Shown here piece by piece: positions 20,015-29,202 of a DNA stretch of 64,000 bases. Within the stretch, counting starts at the first letter, position 1; every line of letters starts with the position of its first letter. Where the stretch lies: positions 16,277-80,276 of IMG/VR virus record IMGVR_UViG_3300037520_000900, one strand, 5' to 3'. This DNA is from a virus. Under the pieces are notes generated by a model. It made no database searches. It was not told the DNA's origin and saw nothing but the letters and a program-made list of their open reading frames with translations. Both the position numbers and the translations under genes were made by a program.

Positions 20015-22911
20015 TCAAAAACTAAAGACATTAAATCTCCATCTTCATCAAATTCATATAGTTCTTCATCACCAACCTTATTTTTAGAAACTCTAGTTTT
20101 CATTAGTTCCATATTACTATTAACATAATCGGTATTAACTAAATTAATAGTGTCGTCAATATACATGTAGTATGGATCAATACCTACAGATTGCCAAAAT
20201 GATATTTCCATATCGGATAACGTTAAAACCTCATCTAAATTATCTTGATCTTTTTCTTTCATTGGGTAACCTCTACCTAACTCTGTTTGTGATTTAGTGA
20301 ATATTGGTTGGTCTTTTGGATCCTCAATTAAAATGTCTTTTCTAATATCAGGACTATAAACAACAAGTAATGGTTCAATTCTTTTATTAAATGCCGCCAA
20401 ATATCTCGGAACATTGTACTCACCTAATAAGTCGGGGTTATTTTCAATTTCTTTTTCATCAATCAAATAACAATTTAGAATCACTTCACTTTTTGATAAC
20501 ATTTCAGGTGGTATTGCTCCGTGAATTTTTGTATAATCCTCGATTTGTTTTTTAGTCATTTTTGTAGTTTTTTTCTGAACATCACCATGTGATTTCTTTT
20601 CACCATTATTAACATAATAAATGGTGTCACCTAAACCTGGTTTTTTTCCTGCGTTCATTAAAAGTTCCATATGTGCCTGTCTTGACATTAAACTTCCCGC
20701 CTTTGTTGTTTTTGTTATGTGAACTTTATAATCATCTATTGATTGTTTAACACGAGACTTGTTTGCAATTTTTGCCAATGGTATTTCTCTATTATAAATT
20801 TTACTTACGTACTCATAATAGAAATCTAAAAATTCACCACCCTTACCGTCGAGTAACATTCTAAGACCCTTATCCAAAAATTCAGCAACGTATGTTTGAA
20901 GTTTTTTAGATTTAATTGAGTTACCCGTAAGTTTAACTTTACCTTTATCTGTGAGAAGTGCGTAGTTTTTACGAGCCACGTTAATTGTTGCTGGCCATAC
21001 ACCATCAATATCAAGACCCATTTCGTTTCTCATAAATAAGTCATTGTATTCTGCAACATCAGCTTCTGCACCTGTATAAACCTCACCCTCATTTACTAAC
21101 CCATTAAGACCTTTACCCACATACGTATAGTTTTCTCTATCAACAGGAGTTTCAAAGTTTACACCATCGGTATCCATTACCAAAGGAACATAACCTCGTT
21201 TCATAAAATACATAATCATCTGTCTAAGGTACTGTCTACCGGTACACGTAATCTGTTCTCCCATGTCGATGTCACCCCACGGGAATACGTGTGGAGCAGA
21301 TAATGATCCAAAGAATGCGTTGATAAAGATTTTGATTGGTAACTGTTTTCTGTCGTATGAGACAGAAAGTTTCGGATCCGTTTTTTTAAATTCACTTGCT
21401 AAGTTTTTATATTTTATACGAGTATCTCTAAAGTACTTTAACATACTCTTCATCGCTCCTGTCACATCACAAGCAGGGAATACGTCATGAACTAATTGAA
21501 TAGAGGGGTATAGTGACGAGTAATCGAGTTTTAATACCTTTCTTGAGTATCCAACCTGAACTAATCTAGAAAGTCCACCCGTAAACTTTCTCTTTTCTTT
21601 TTTCTTAGGTAGTGCTAAATTGTTTTTATATGACCACGCACACATAATCATTTTCCATAATGTTGCGGTACCCATGGTTGAAAGTCTTTCATATGTTGTT
21701 GGTACAAGTTTAGAAAGTAAAAAGTTTGCTTGATTGAACTGTTCGTCAACAACCATTGTTTCATAAAGGTCATCATCAAGGTAGTCTTCAATTATTTTTG
21801 AACCCGATGTTAGTTTATAGACATCAGTTCTTCTTGAACAAACCTCATCTATTTTTTCATTAATACCTACTTTTTTATAGTTACCATTTTCTATATTCAT
21901 CCAATAGTCCTCATTGTCAAAATATATTTTACCAATCTTATCACCTTCAACATAAACACGATTTTCTTTTTCTGCCTCAATAAACTTTGTAATGTATTTC
22001 AATGACCAACTCTTAATGTCTGAGTTGATTGCTTGTGCTCTACGAACCGCATGTGCAATGTCCACAATGTTATAACCCCACATTTGAGTTTGAACATAAG
22101 GTTCCATCTCATTTGCTAACTTTAAAATTCCATCTTTTTGTTTTAATGAATAATCGGGATTTAAAGTTTTAGATATTTTTTTAATGTTTAGATTTAAAAT
22201 TTCAGCCCGTTTTAAAATAAACGGGAAGTCAAAGAAGGCTGAATTGTAACCACCAATAAGAGAAGGTTTTAATTCGTCAATGGTTTTGAAAAACTCAATA
22301 ATCATTTGTCTTTCTTCATCTTCATTTTGTGCTGATAGTAATTTTAGAAAACCACGATTATCTTTCATCCCTATCAAGAACATTTTACTTGTCTTTGGAT
22401 CTAAACCTGTGGTCTCGATATCGAATACAAATCTGTGGATTTCGTCATACTCATCAAACCCTTTAAATAGTCTTTTACTTTTTTGGATGAGGTATTGTTC
22501 TACGGGTGATAGTATTGTGATACAATCTGAATTATCTCTTCCCCATGGATCAAGACCACCACCTTTAAAAAAGTTTACAAGGTTTGAATATGATTTTGTT
22601 GTTTTTACTAAGAACGTCAACCCATTCTTTAATCTTTCATCTCCGTGATCTTCTAATTTTTCTATAATGATGCCGTTTTCAGACATCGCTTTCTTTTGAA
22701 AGTCTTTGTTACCCTTATAAAAGTTTTTACTTCTAAGATCTCCAACCCAAGCAAATGGAATAAATGTATCCATTCTCAAAAGTTTACCTTTGATTGGGTC
22801 TTGTATTACTTTAAATATTTTATCTGATTTGTAATCGTATTCAATTGCGACAATGTATTTCTCGTCGTCTTCGCCATGTAAAAAGCGTTCGATTTCTTCT
22901 TGTGGAACCAT
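20011..22911 (-). CDS. polB: Family B DNA polymerase
   Basis: Exo I FDIETTG, Exo II YNSAFFDFPF, DYSSLYPS, KIFINAFFG, MDTDG, KNYA. Confidence 0.95.
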   Translation of the reverse strand: MVPQEEIERFLHGEDDEKYIVAIEYDYKSDKIFKVIQDPIKGKLLRMDTFIPFAWVGDLRSKNFYKGNKDFQKKAMSENGIIIEKLEDHGDERLKNGLTFLVKTTKSYSNLVNFFKGGGLDPWGRDNSDCITILSPVEQYLIQKSKRLFKGFDEYDEIHRFVFDIETTGLDPKTSKMFLIGMKDNRGFLKLLSAQNEDEERQMIIEFFKTIDELKPSLIGGYNSAFFDFPFILKRAEILNLNIKKISKTLNPDYSLKQKDGILKLANEMEPYVQTQMWGYNIVDIAHAVRRAQAINSDIKSWSLKYITKFIEAEKENRVYVEGDKIGKIYFDNEDYWMNIENGNYKKVGINEKIDEVCSRRTDVYKLTSGSKIIEDYLDDDLYETMVVDEQFNQANFLLSKLVPTTYERLSTMGTATLWKMIMCAWSYKNNLALPKKKEKRKFTGGLSRLVQVGYSRKVLKLDYSSLYPSIQLVHDVFPACDVTGAMKSMLKYFRDTRIKYKNLASEFKKTDPKLSVSYDRKQLPIKIFINAFFGSLSAPHVFPWGDIDMGEQITCTGRQYLRQMIMYFMKRGYVPLVMDTDGVNFETPVDRENYTYVGKGLNGLVNEGEVYTGAEADVAEYNDLFMRNEMGLDIDGVWPATINVARKNYALLTDKGKVKLTGNSIKSKKLQTYVAEFLDKGLRMLLDGKGGEFLDFYYEYVSKIYNREIPLAKIANKSRVKQSIDDYKVHITKTTKAGSLMSRQAHMELLMNAGKKPGLGDTIYYVNNGEKKSHGDVQKKTTKMTKKQIEDYTKIHGAIPPEMLSKSEVILNCYLIDEKEIENNPDLLGEYNVPRYLAAFNKRIEPLLVVYSPDIRKDILIEDPKDQPIFTKSQTELGRGYPMKEKDQDNLDEVLTLSDMEISFWQSVGIDPYYMYIDDTINLVNTDYVNSNMELMKTRVSKNKVGDEELYEFDEDGDLMSLVFD

Positions 22912-22972
22912 ATTTGTATTTTTTAAGTTTGGTGTATTAGCTGTTACTCATAGGTAACATTTACCTTCGTCT

Positions 22973-23004
22973 TAAATATAAGAGTAAACCTTACTCTTGT
23001 CAAA
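22973..23004 (-). promoter_or_regulatory. Host-type promoter of DNA polymerase with palindromic spacer
   Basis: TTTGACA-N17-TATATTTA on the minus strand; spacer contains AAGAGTAA-N3-TTACTCTT. Confidence 0.7.
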
Positions 23005-23353
23005 TAATATTGATATAAAGATTTTCTCTAATTGGGCCTATTAGTTCTCCGTTTGATAACTCAATTAAAAATTCTCCGATGAATCTACCTTTTTTTGAGG
23101 TGTCTTTTCCTCTCCACTTGTAGTAAATATAATATTCTCTTGGTGAGTCGGGATTTCTTCTTTCTTTTTCTGTGATGTATGCCGGTCTCATAAATATTTT
23201 TTGGATCCCGTCATTTTCACTTTTCATAGAAAATCTAATGGTTGCATTGTCCAATATGGAATAAAAATCTTTCCAAGAGTCAGTTCTTCCGTCTCTTACG
23301 ACATCCATTTTTAAAATGGGTAAATTACTATTTTGTTTTATAAAGAATTCCAT
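23000..23353 (-). CDS. BppU-like baseplate / fibre adaptor protein
   Basis: FFIKQNSNLP…YY-W…DT…G-F-GEF-I…P…L-INI pattern; end of fibre block. Confidence 0.5.
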   Translation of the reverse strand: MEFFIKQNSNLPILKMDVVRDGRTDSWKDFYSILDNATIRFSMKSENDGIQKIFMRPAYITEKERRNPDSPREYYIYYKWRGKDTSKKGRFIGEFLIELSNGELIGPIRENLYINII

Positions 23354-23376
23354 TTAATATGAATAATTATTTTTTA

Positions 23377-24066
23377 TTATCCTACCCACCTTGCTTGGAA
23401 CCAAGACCTTGAGTCGTATTGTGCTCTTGATAATGATGCTCCACCAACATTTATAATGCTTATATAATCAGTTGAACCGTTTAGATATACAATTTTTGTT
23501 ATCTGTTGAGCCACCGCATCAAAAGAACCTGCAGCCGCAACGATGTCGGTATTTTTCTTAATTGCCATACTTGCTTCACTATTTCTATAAACATCATAAG
23601 TTGCGGTAATTTCCCAATAACCGGACTTTTGTGGTGTAAATCTATAAGTTGAAGTATTGAACCAACCGCTTGGTACGTTGACTGTATTATTTACAATACT
23701 ATATCTACAAGTATCATCAGTAAAACCACCTGGTAAGGTGTAAGTCACATCTGCATACGCTTCAAGTAAATAAAGAGTAGGCACGGAACCGGTTCCACCT
23801 GTATATGCTGTTGTTTGTATCGTATCATCAGGAAAAGTCATACCTGTTGGAGAAAAACTCCATGCGGTCCCAATTCCATCAGAAAAGTTAATGTTCACGT
23901 TTGTCGGATTAGACACTACCGCACTACCTGGGGCGGATGGTCCGCTACTTATTGAGTCAGGAGTTGGTATGTTTGAATAACTTGTTGCTGATAAAATACC
24001 GTTAACCGTAAGATCTCCTGTAATTGTTTGTCCTGAAACATTATCTACAATATACTTTGTACTCAT
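23377..24066 (-). CDS. Short tail-fibre / adhesin protein with C1q-like C-terminal domain
   Basis: MSTKYIVDNVSGQT N-module; TFPDDTIQTTA; FNTSTYRFTPQKSGYW…VYLNGSTDYI. Confidence 0.6.
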   Translation of the reverse strand: MSTKYIVDNVSGQTITGDLTVNGILSATSYSNIPTPDSISSGPSAPGSAVVSNPTNVNINFSDGIGTAWSFSPTGMTFPDDTIQTTAYTGGTGSVPTLYLLEAYADVTYTLPGGFTDDTCRYSIVNNTVNVPSGWFNTSTYRFTPQKSGYWEITATYDVYRNSEASMAIKKNTDIVAAAGSFDAVAQQITKIVYLNGSTDYISIINVGGASLSRAQYDSRSWFQARWVG

Positions 24067-24592
24067 TTTGCTTGTACTTCTCTTTTAGAATTTATTCTAT
24101 TTTGTTTTATAAAAAATTACATTAGTTGTATACTCTTATTTCTATTGATGTTATAATGTCATTCCCACCAATACCATCAGCTGATGATCCGGGCTCTACT
24201 GAGTTATTTGAGTATAATAATAATCTATCATCACTCATCCATCTTGCAATACTTAATCTTCCTTTAGGTTGACCGTTGCCCCAAATTTGTGTATGTACTA
24301 ATGTCTTGTTTTGGGTAAATTCATTATTTGAACTAGTTATACGATATGTGCCTTGAGTTTCTCTTAAAAATGTTATTGACCCCGTAAAAGTACTTTCAAG
24401 AACAGTTGGATTAGGATCTCCACTTCCTGTTAATTGTGTTAACAAAGCAGTATATACTTTATATTTTGGTGTTATACTATTACCACTTACATAAAGAGTT
24501 GTTGCGGATATACTACCATTAATTGTAAGATCTCCTGTAATTGTTTGTCCTGAAACATTATCTACAATATACTTTGTACTCATTTTGCTTGT
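24008..24592. repeat. 68-bp perfect direct repeat (24008-24075 and 24525-24592) covering the starts of two fibre genes
   Basis: Identical gtaagatctcctgtaattgtttgtcctgaaacattatctacaatatactttgtactcattttgcttgt. Confidence 0.95.
24122..24583 (-). CDS. Short tail-fibre / adhesin protein with the same N-module and a different C-domain
   Basis: MSTKYIVDNVSGQT…YKVYTALLTQ…P-VLE-T…IEIRVYN. Confidence 0.6.
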   Translation of the reverse strand: MSTKYIVDNVSGQTITGDLTINGSISATTLYVSGNSITPKYKVYTALLTQLTGSGDPNPTVLESTFTGSITFLRETQGTYRITSSNNEFTQNKTLVHTQIWGNGQPKGRLSIARWMSDDRLLLYSNNSVEPGSSADGIGGNDIITSIEIRVYN

Positions 24593-25407
24593 TCTTGACT
24601 TTGTGGATTTATTCTATTTTGTATAATACTATTATAGTTATCTTTTATATTTTTTTGTTTAAAATCTTGATAACTAACGTTATTTATTATTTCATCTCTA
24701 TTAGTGGTAAAAGATGCCCTTTTTAATACTTCTGTTGTTGTTGTTGCACTAAAATTATTTGAATCTACAACCATGATACCTAAAGCCCCAGTACTATCAC
24801 CGACATATAGAGTTGACCCCTCGATCCTTACGTTTTCAACCTGGTTATCGTCTGAAATAAAATATGTAAAAGGTTCGGTGTAATCACCAGATATACTTAA
24901 AACATCTCCTTTATCTAGTCCGTAACTATTATTAATTAATATTTCTCTGTCAAAAGACACTGAGAATCCTCCTTGACATCCAAGACAATTATTATACTCA
25001 GATACAAGTCGTGAGGATGAGATTTCTAAATCCTCAGAAGTTAACCCAATAAACTCATAACAACCCTCAATTTCGGATATGCTTCCAGAAAAAACCTTAC
25101 CTACTATTGGTAGAGTTTCAAACCCTATGGGTGACACGTAATAGTTAATTTCAGTCAAACAATTTCTAAAAATTAATTTAAAATTATTTTTATCCAAACA
25201 GTCCACACAATCTAAAGAATCTCCAAAAATTTGATAGTTTTGAAACTGATCGGTTTCTTCAACTGCACTATAACATCCTGTAATTTCACCACCAGGACCA
25301 GGTGTTCCCGCAGGTAAAACACTGCCGGTTTGTAACTGATTTTTTTTATCATTTACTATTTTAGTATCAGTAGGGTCTAAACAATTTTGTATTTTCCAAT
25401 TTGCCAT
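24580..25407 (-). CDS. Cys-rich tail-associated protein
   Basis: Two repeats of NCL…GCY…CxxC; in fibre operon. Confidence 0.5.
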   Translation of the reverse strand: MANWKIQNCLDPTDTKIVNDKKNQLQTGSVLPAGTPGPGGEITGCYSAVEETDQFQNYQIFGDSLDCVDCLDKNNFKLIFRNCLTEINYYVSPIGFETLPIVGKVFSGSISEIEGCYEFIGLTSEDLEISSSRLVSEYNNCLGCQGGFSVSFDREILINNSYGLDKGDVLSISGDYTEPFTYFISDDNQVENVRIEGSTLYVGDSTGALGIMVVDSNNFSATTTTEVLKRASFTTNRDEIINNVSYQDFKQKNIKDNYNSIIQNRINPQSQEQAK

Positions 25408-25420
25408 AATATTTTATTTT

Positions 25421-28400
25421 TTAATCTGTTATATCTACAATATTTAATACGTCAGCTGAATCGTAATAAGATAATCTAGGTGCACCATCTTGTCTACCGA
25501 ATATCGTACAATTATATCCACCATAAACGTGTGTTGCTGGACCACTAGTAAAATCAAAAGCCTCAACACCAAATTCCACTGTATTATAACGGAAATCATC
25601 ACCAACTGTATTTTGATGAAAATTATCGGTTGTAATTCTATTATTGAAAAATCCCGTCCCAACAGTATTGTCATAAAAGTAGTAACCAATAAAGTTAGAA
25701 CCGAAATTATTACCAACACTGTTATTGTTAAATGCAAAGCCTATTTCATTACTGTAAAAGTTAATACCAATGTTATTGTTATTAAAACCACCACCAATGT
25801 TATTACCATAGAAAGGACCATCAGTAGTATTATTGTTAAACCTGTTACCTATTTGGTTATTTTGAAATTCGGCAAATCCAGAGACATCGTTTATTACATT
25901 ATTAAAAAATTCATTTCCTATGTCATTTCTTCTAAAAATTGCGTCAGTGGTATTGTTGTAAAACTCATCACCAATTAAGTTATCGATGAAGTTATTATTA
26001 ATTACATTACCTCCAGCATTATTTGATGTATCGTTCCCAAAATAATTTCCAATTTTGTTATTTGTGAAAACCCCATCAATTACATTTTCAGTACCTGAAC
26101 CACCATTACCAAAATAGTGACCAATATCGTTATTTTCAAAAGTATTATTTATAGTATTAAACGCCATATAATTACCAATCTTATTAGAAACAAAATCAGA
26201 AGATATTGTATTTCCTACACATACATTTGATATATTGTTATCGACAAAATTTGGATTTAAGATGTTGAATATAAAATCATTTCCGATTTTATTATTTGTT
26301 GTGTTTGTGTCTGTTATATTAAAAGTAAAATTATCACCTATAACATTTCCAGAAAAACCATTATTAATTAAATTACCTCCGTCGACACCTAAATAATTTC
26401 CAAAGTTATTTCCGATTACGTTTGATTTAAAGTCGTCAAAAATTTGATTGGTTAAACCTGGTGACCCAAAACCATTATTTCCAAAATTATCTGCAATTGT
26501 ATTTTTTTGAAAGTTTAGTCCTATTGTGTTATTAAAGAAATAATTACCAATTCTATTACTTTCAAAAGCATCGTCTATAGAATTACTTTGGAAATTGTTT
26601 TGAATTAAATTGTTTTCAAAATTGATCCCTATAGTGTTATCTTGAAAATAATTCCCAATTACATTACTGTACATGTATTGACCAATAGTGTTATTTTGAA
26701 ATCTGTCTCCTATTCTATTTCCGTATTCTAATGATCCTCCATAACCAAAATCACTATCTATTATGTTATTATTAAAATAAGAACCAATTATATTATACGC
26801 AAATCTTTCACCATTATTTGATTGTGTGTAGATTGAGTTCCATTCGGTGTCACCAGGACCTGGCCAACCACCACCGAATGGAGGTGTATCAGTTATTGTA
26901 TTATATAACCCACCTTGACCGTCTCTTGTTATTTCTACAACACCAGAAACAATAACATCTACTTCTGAACCATAATTAGTTTTAGTAAAAATAACGAATG
27001 AACCTATGTTATTACCATTTGAATCTATTTCTTGTCTTTCGTATTGGAATCCGCCACCATTTCCTCCTTGTGTCCATTGTGTAAATTTAATTTTAAAATA
27101 TTGTTGTGTTGATATAACTCTCATCACAAGTTCTTTACCTAAAATATAATTACCAACATTATTATCAAGTGAAACTCTTAATGTATCATATGTTCTTGTT
27201 GATACTGTTGATAAGTCATTCCACCCAAATAAATCTGAGTTAGAAGGCCTATTGTTTTCAAAATAAGTACCGACTGTATTAGTCCTAAAACCACTACTAA
27301 TTATATTATCGTTAAAATAATAATCAGTCGTGTTATTAGAAAAATCATCATATATAATATTTTCATTAAACCCATTACCAATATTATTTAAACCAAAATA
27401 GTTACCGGTTGTGTTATTGTTAAATCCATTTAAAATGGTATTACCAATAAATTCACCATTAATTTCATTTGATTGGAAGTTTGTACCAACTTGATTATTT
27501 TGGAAATCTCGTCTAATTGTGTTATTATTAAAATTATTACGAATATAATTTCTATAAAAATCAAAATTACCATAGTTAGCAAAGTCACCAATTGTGTTGC
27601 TATTAAAGTTATCTAATACTTCATTTTTGTAAAAATCAGGATAAATCGTGTTACCATTAAATTCATTAGCAATTAGGTTATCATAAAATTGTGAAAATAT
27701 TTCGTTATCATAAAATCCATGACCAATTGAATTATAATTAAAATTTCCATCAATAACATTATTATAAAAACCGTTTCTAATTTTGTTATCCCCAAAGTCG
27801 CTGTATATGGTGTTATCATTAAATCCGACACATATTTGGTTATCAACGAAATTGCTGTTATTAAAGATTTTATTATTATTAAAATTATCTCCAATTACAT
27901 TATCATTAAAATCGTCACAGATTATTAAATTATTTCTGAAATTAGCGGCTATTTGATTATCAGTGAAATCCCAACCATTATAAATTGTATTATTCTCAAA
28001 CTCGTCTCCTATAACATTATGTTCAACATCACTACTAAATGTGTTATTTATAAACTCGTTACCTATTCTGTTTCCAATTACGTCCTCACCAAAGACATTA
28101 TTTGGTAATAAAAAATCATGCTCACTCCAGTTTCTAAATATTGCAACATCTCCAATGTAATTTGAAATTATATCTTCATCTCCAAATAAGAATGTAGGAT
28201 GTTCTGTGTATTGAATTGATATATTATTTTGTTTATAGGTAAGTCCTGATCTTTGTGCAGGATAAAAACTAGCACCTGCCGAAACAGTGGGTATAGTTAA
28301 TCCACTTACCACCATACTCGTGTCACCAGATATTGATACAATTTCAAAGAAAGTCACATTTGTATCAGGAATCGCTATGTGGTCACCAACATTATAATTT

Positions 28401-29179
28401 GAAAATTTAGTTTCTCTACCTATTACTTCACCTGTATTTTCAATTAGTTCAATCGTTCCTTCAGCAATATTGTTTTCTTTATAATAGTAGTTATCGTACC
28501 TTCTAAACAAAACTGATCTATGATCATAATCAGTTCTATTACTAAACTCATCTATTCTTTCAGTGATTCTACCTTTTGCTTGACCCAAAGTAACTTCTGT
28601 TTGATTCCATGACCAATCATATTTTATTTTATCTTTTGGATATGTTGGTTGGTAAGCAATATTACTTATTGTGTTCGCACTTGTTGATAGAACAACGATT
28701 GGTTCTATAGGTCCTTGTTTGTAATTGCCCGTAGTAATTGCACTACCCGCAAAGTTATAATCAGGTTGGTCATAACAAGTTTGAAAATCATTGATTAGAT
28801 AATACGAACCTGGGTTTAATGTTCCACCTGTAATTAAATTATATAATTCACTATATGTTACAGAACTATAATTAGTTGTTGCAACACCAGTAAGATTAGA
28901 GCCATCCCCAAATAAGGTGGTGGCACTAAAAGTACTTGCACTTAAACCATTATTAAAAATAGTATCTCCCGATACAGTACCACCTGTAAATGTACCACCG
29001 GTATTTATCACCACAGATTTTGTTCCACCTGTTGGGTTTGTTATTGTTAAAGTATTTGCAGAATAAGTAAGACCTGAAACACCTACCCCTTGCAAATAAT
29101 AAAGGTTATTGTCCATGTCAGAAAAAGTAAGTTTACTACCCTTAGCATCTGGACCTATTTGTCTTGTAATTAATCCCAT
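25421..29179 (-). CDS. Long tail fibre / tailspike with Asn-rich beta-helix repeats
   Basis: KGSKLTFSDMDNN N-terminus; dozens of N-x-IG-x-x-F-x-x-N repeats; non-repeat insert at ~26810-27250. Confidence 0.8.
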   Translation of the reverse strand: MGLITRQIGPDAKGSKLTFSDMDNNLYYLQGVGVSGLTYSANTLTITNPTGGTKSVVINTGGTFTGGTVSGDTIFNNGLSASTFSATTLFGDGSNLTGVATTNYSSVTYSELYNLITGGTLNPGSYYLINDFQTCYDQPDYNFAGSAITTGNYKQGPIEPIVVLSTSANTISNIAYQPTYPKDKIKYDWSWNQTEVTLGQAKGRITERIDEFSNRTDYDHRSVLFRRYDNYYYKENNIAEGTIELIENTGEVIGRETKFSNYNVGDHIAIPDTNVTFFEIVSISGDTSMVVSGLTIPTVSAGASFYPAQRSGLTYKQNNISIQYTEHPTFLFGDEDIISNYIGDVAIFRNWSEHDFLLPNNVFGEDVIGNRIGNEFINNTFSSDVEHNVIGDEFENNTIYNGWDFTDNQIAANFRNNLIICDDFNDNVIGDNFNNNKIFNNSNFVDNQICVGFNDNTIYSDFGDNKIRNGFYNNVIDGNFNYNSIGHGFYDNEIFSQFYDNLIANEFNGNTIYPDFYKNEVLDNFNSNTIGDFANYGNFDFYRNYIRNNFNNNTIRRDFQNNQVGTNFQSNEINGEFIGNTILNGFNNNTTGNYFGLNNIGNGFNENIIYDDFSNNTTDYYFNDNIISSGFRTNTVGTYFENNRPSNSDLFGWNDLSTVSTRTYDTLRVSLDNNVGNYILGKELVMRVISTQQYFKIKFTQWTQGGNGGGFQYERQEIDSNGNNIGSFVIFTKTNYGSEVDVIVSGVVEITRDGQGGLYNTITDTPPFGGGWPGPGDTEWNSIYTQSNNGERFAYNIIGSYFNNNIIDSDFGYGGSLEYGNRIGDRFQNNTIGQYMYSNVIGNYFQDNTIGINFENNLIQNNFQSNSIDDAFESNRIGNYFFNNTIGLNFQKNTIADNFGNNGFGSPGLTNQIFDDFKSNVIGNNFGNYLGVDGGNLINNGFSGNVIGDNFTFNITDTNTTNNKIGNDFIFNILNPNFVDNNISNVCVGNTISSDFVSNKIGNYMAFNTINNTFENNDIGHYFGNGGSGTENVIDGVFTNNKIGNYFGNDTSNNAGGNVINNNFIDNLIGDEFYNNTTDAIFRRNDIGNEFFNNVINDVSGFAEFQNNQIGNRFNNNTTDGPFYGNNIGGGFNNNNIGINFYSNEIGFAFNNNSVGNNFGSNFIGYYFYDNTVGTGFFNNRITTDNFHQNTVGDDFRYNTVEFGVEAFDFTSGPATHVYGGYNCTIFGRQDGAPRLSYYDSADVLNIVDITD

Positions 29180-29202
29180 TTTTTATTTAATAAATATAAA
29201 GT

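Noticed and set aside
15657-22911. Intein or intron in SNF2 or DNA polymerase
   Set aside because: Catalytic motifs are at ordinary spacing; no splice-junction or homing-endonuclease signature seen.
23377-29179. Diversity-generating retroelement acting on Asn-rich fibre genes
   Set aside because: No reverse transcriptase in the window; the only repeat pair is identical and at gene 5' ends rather than adenine-mismatched at 3' ends.
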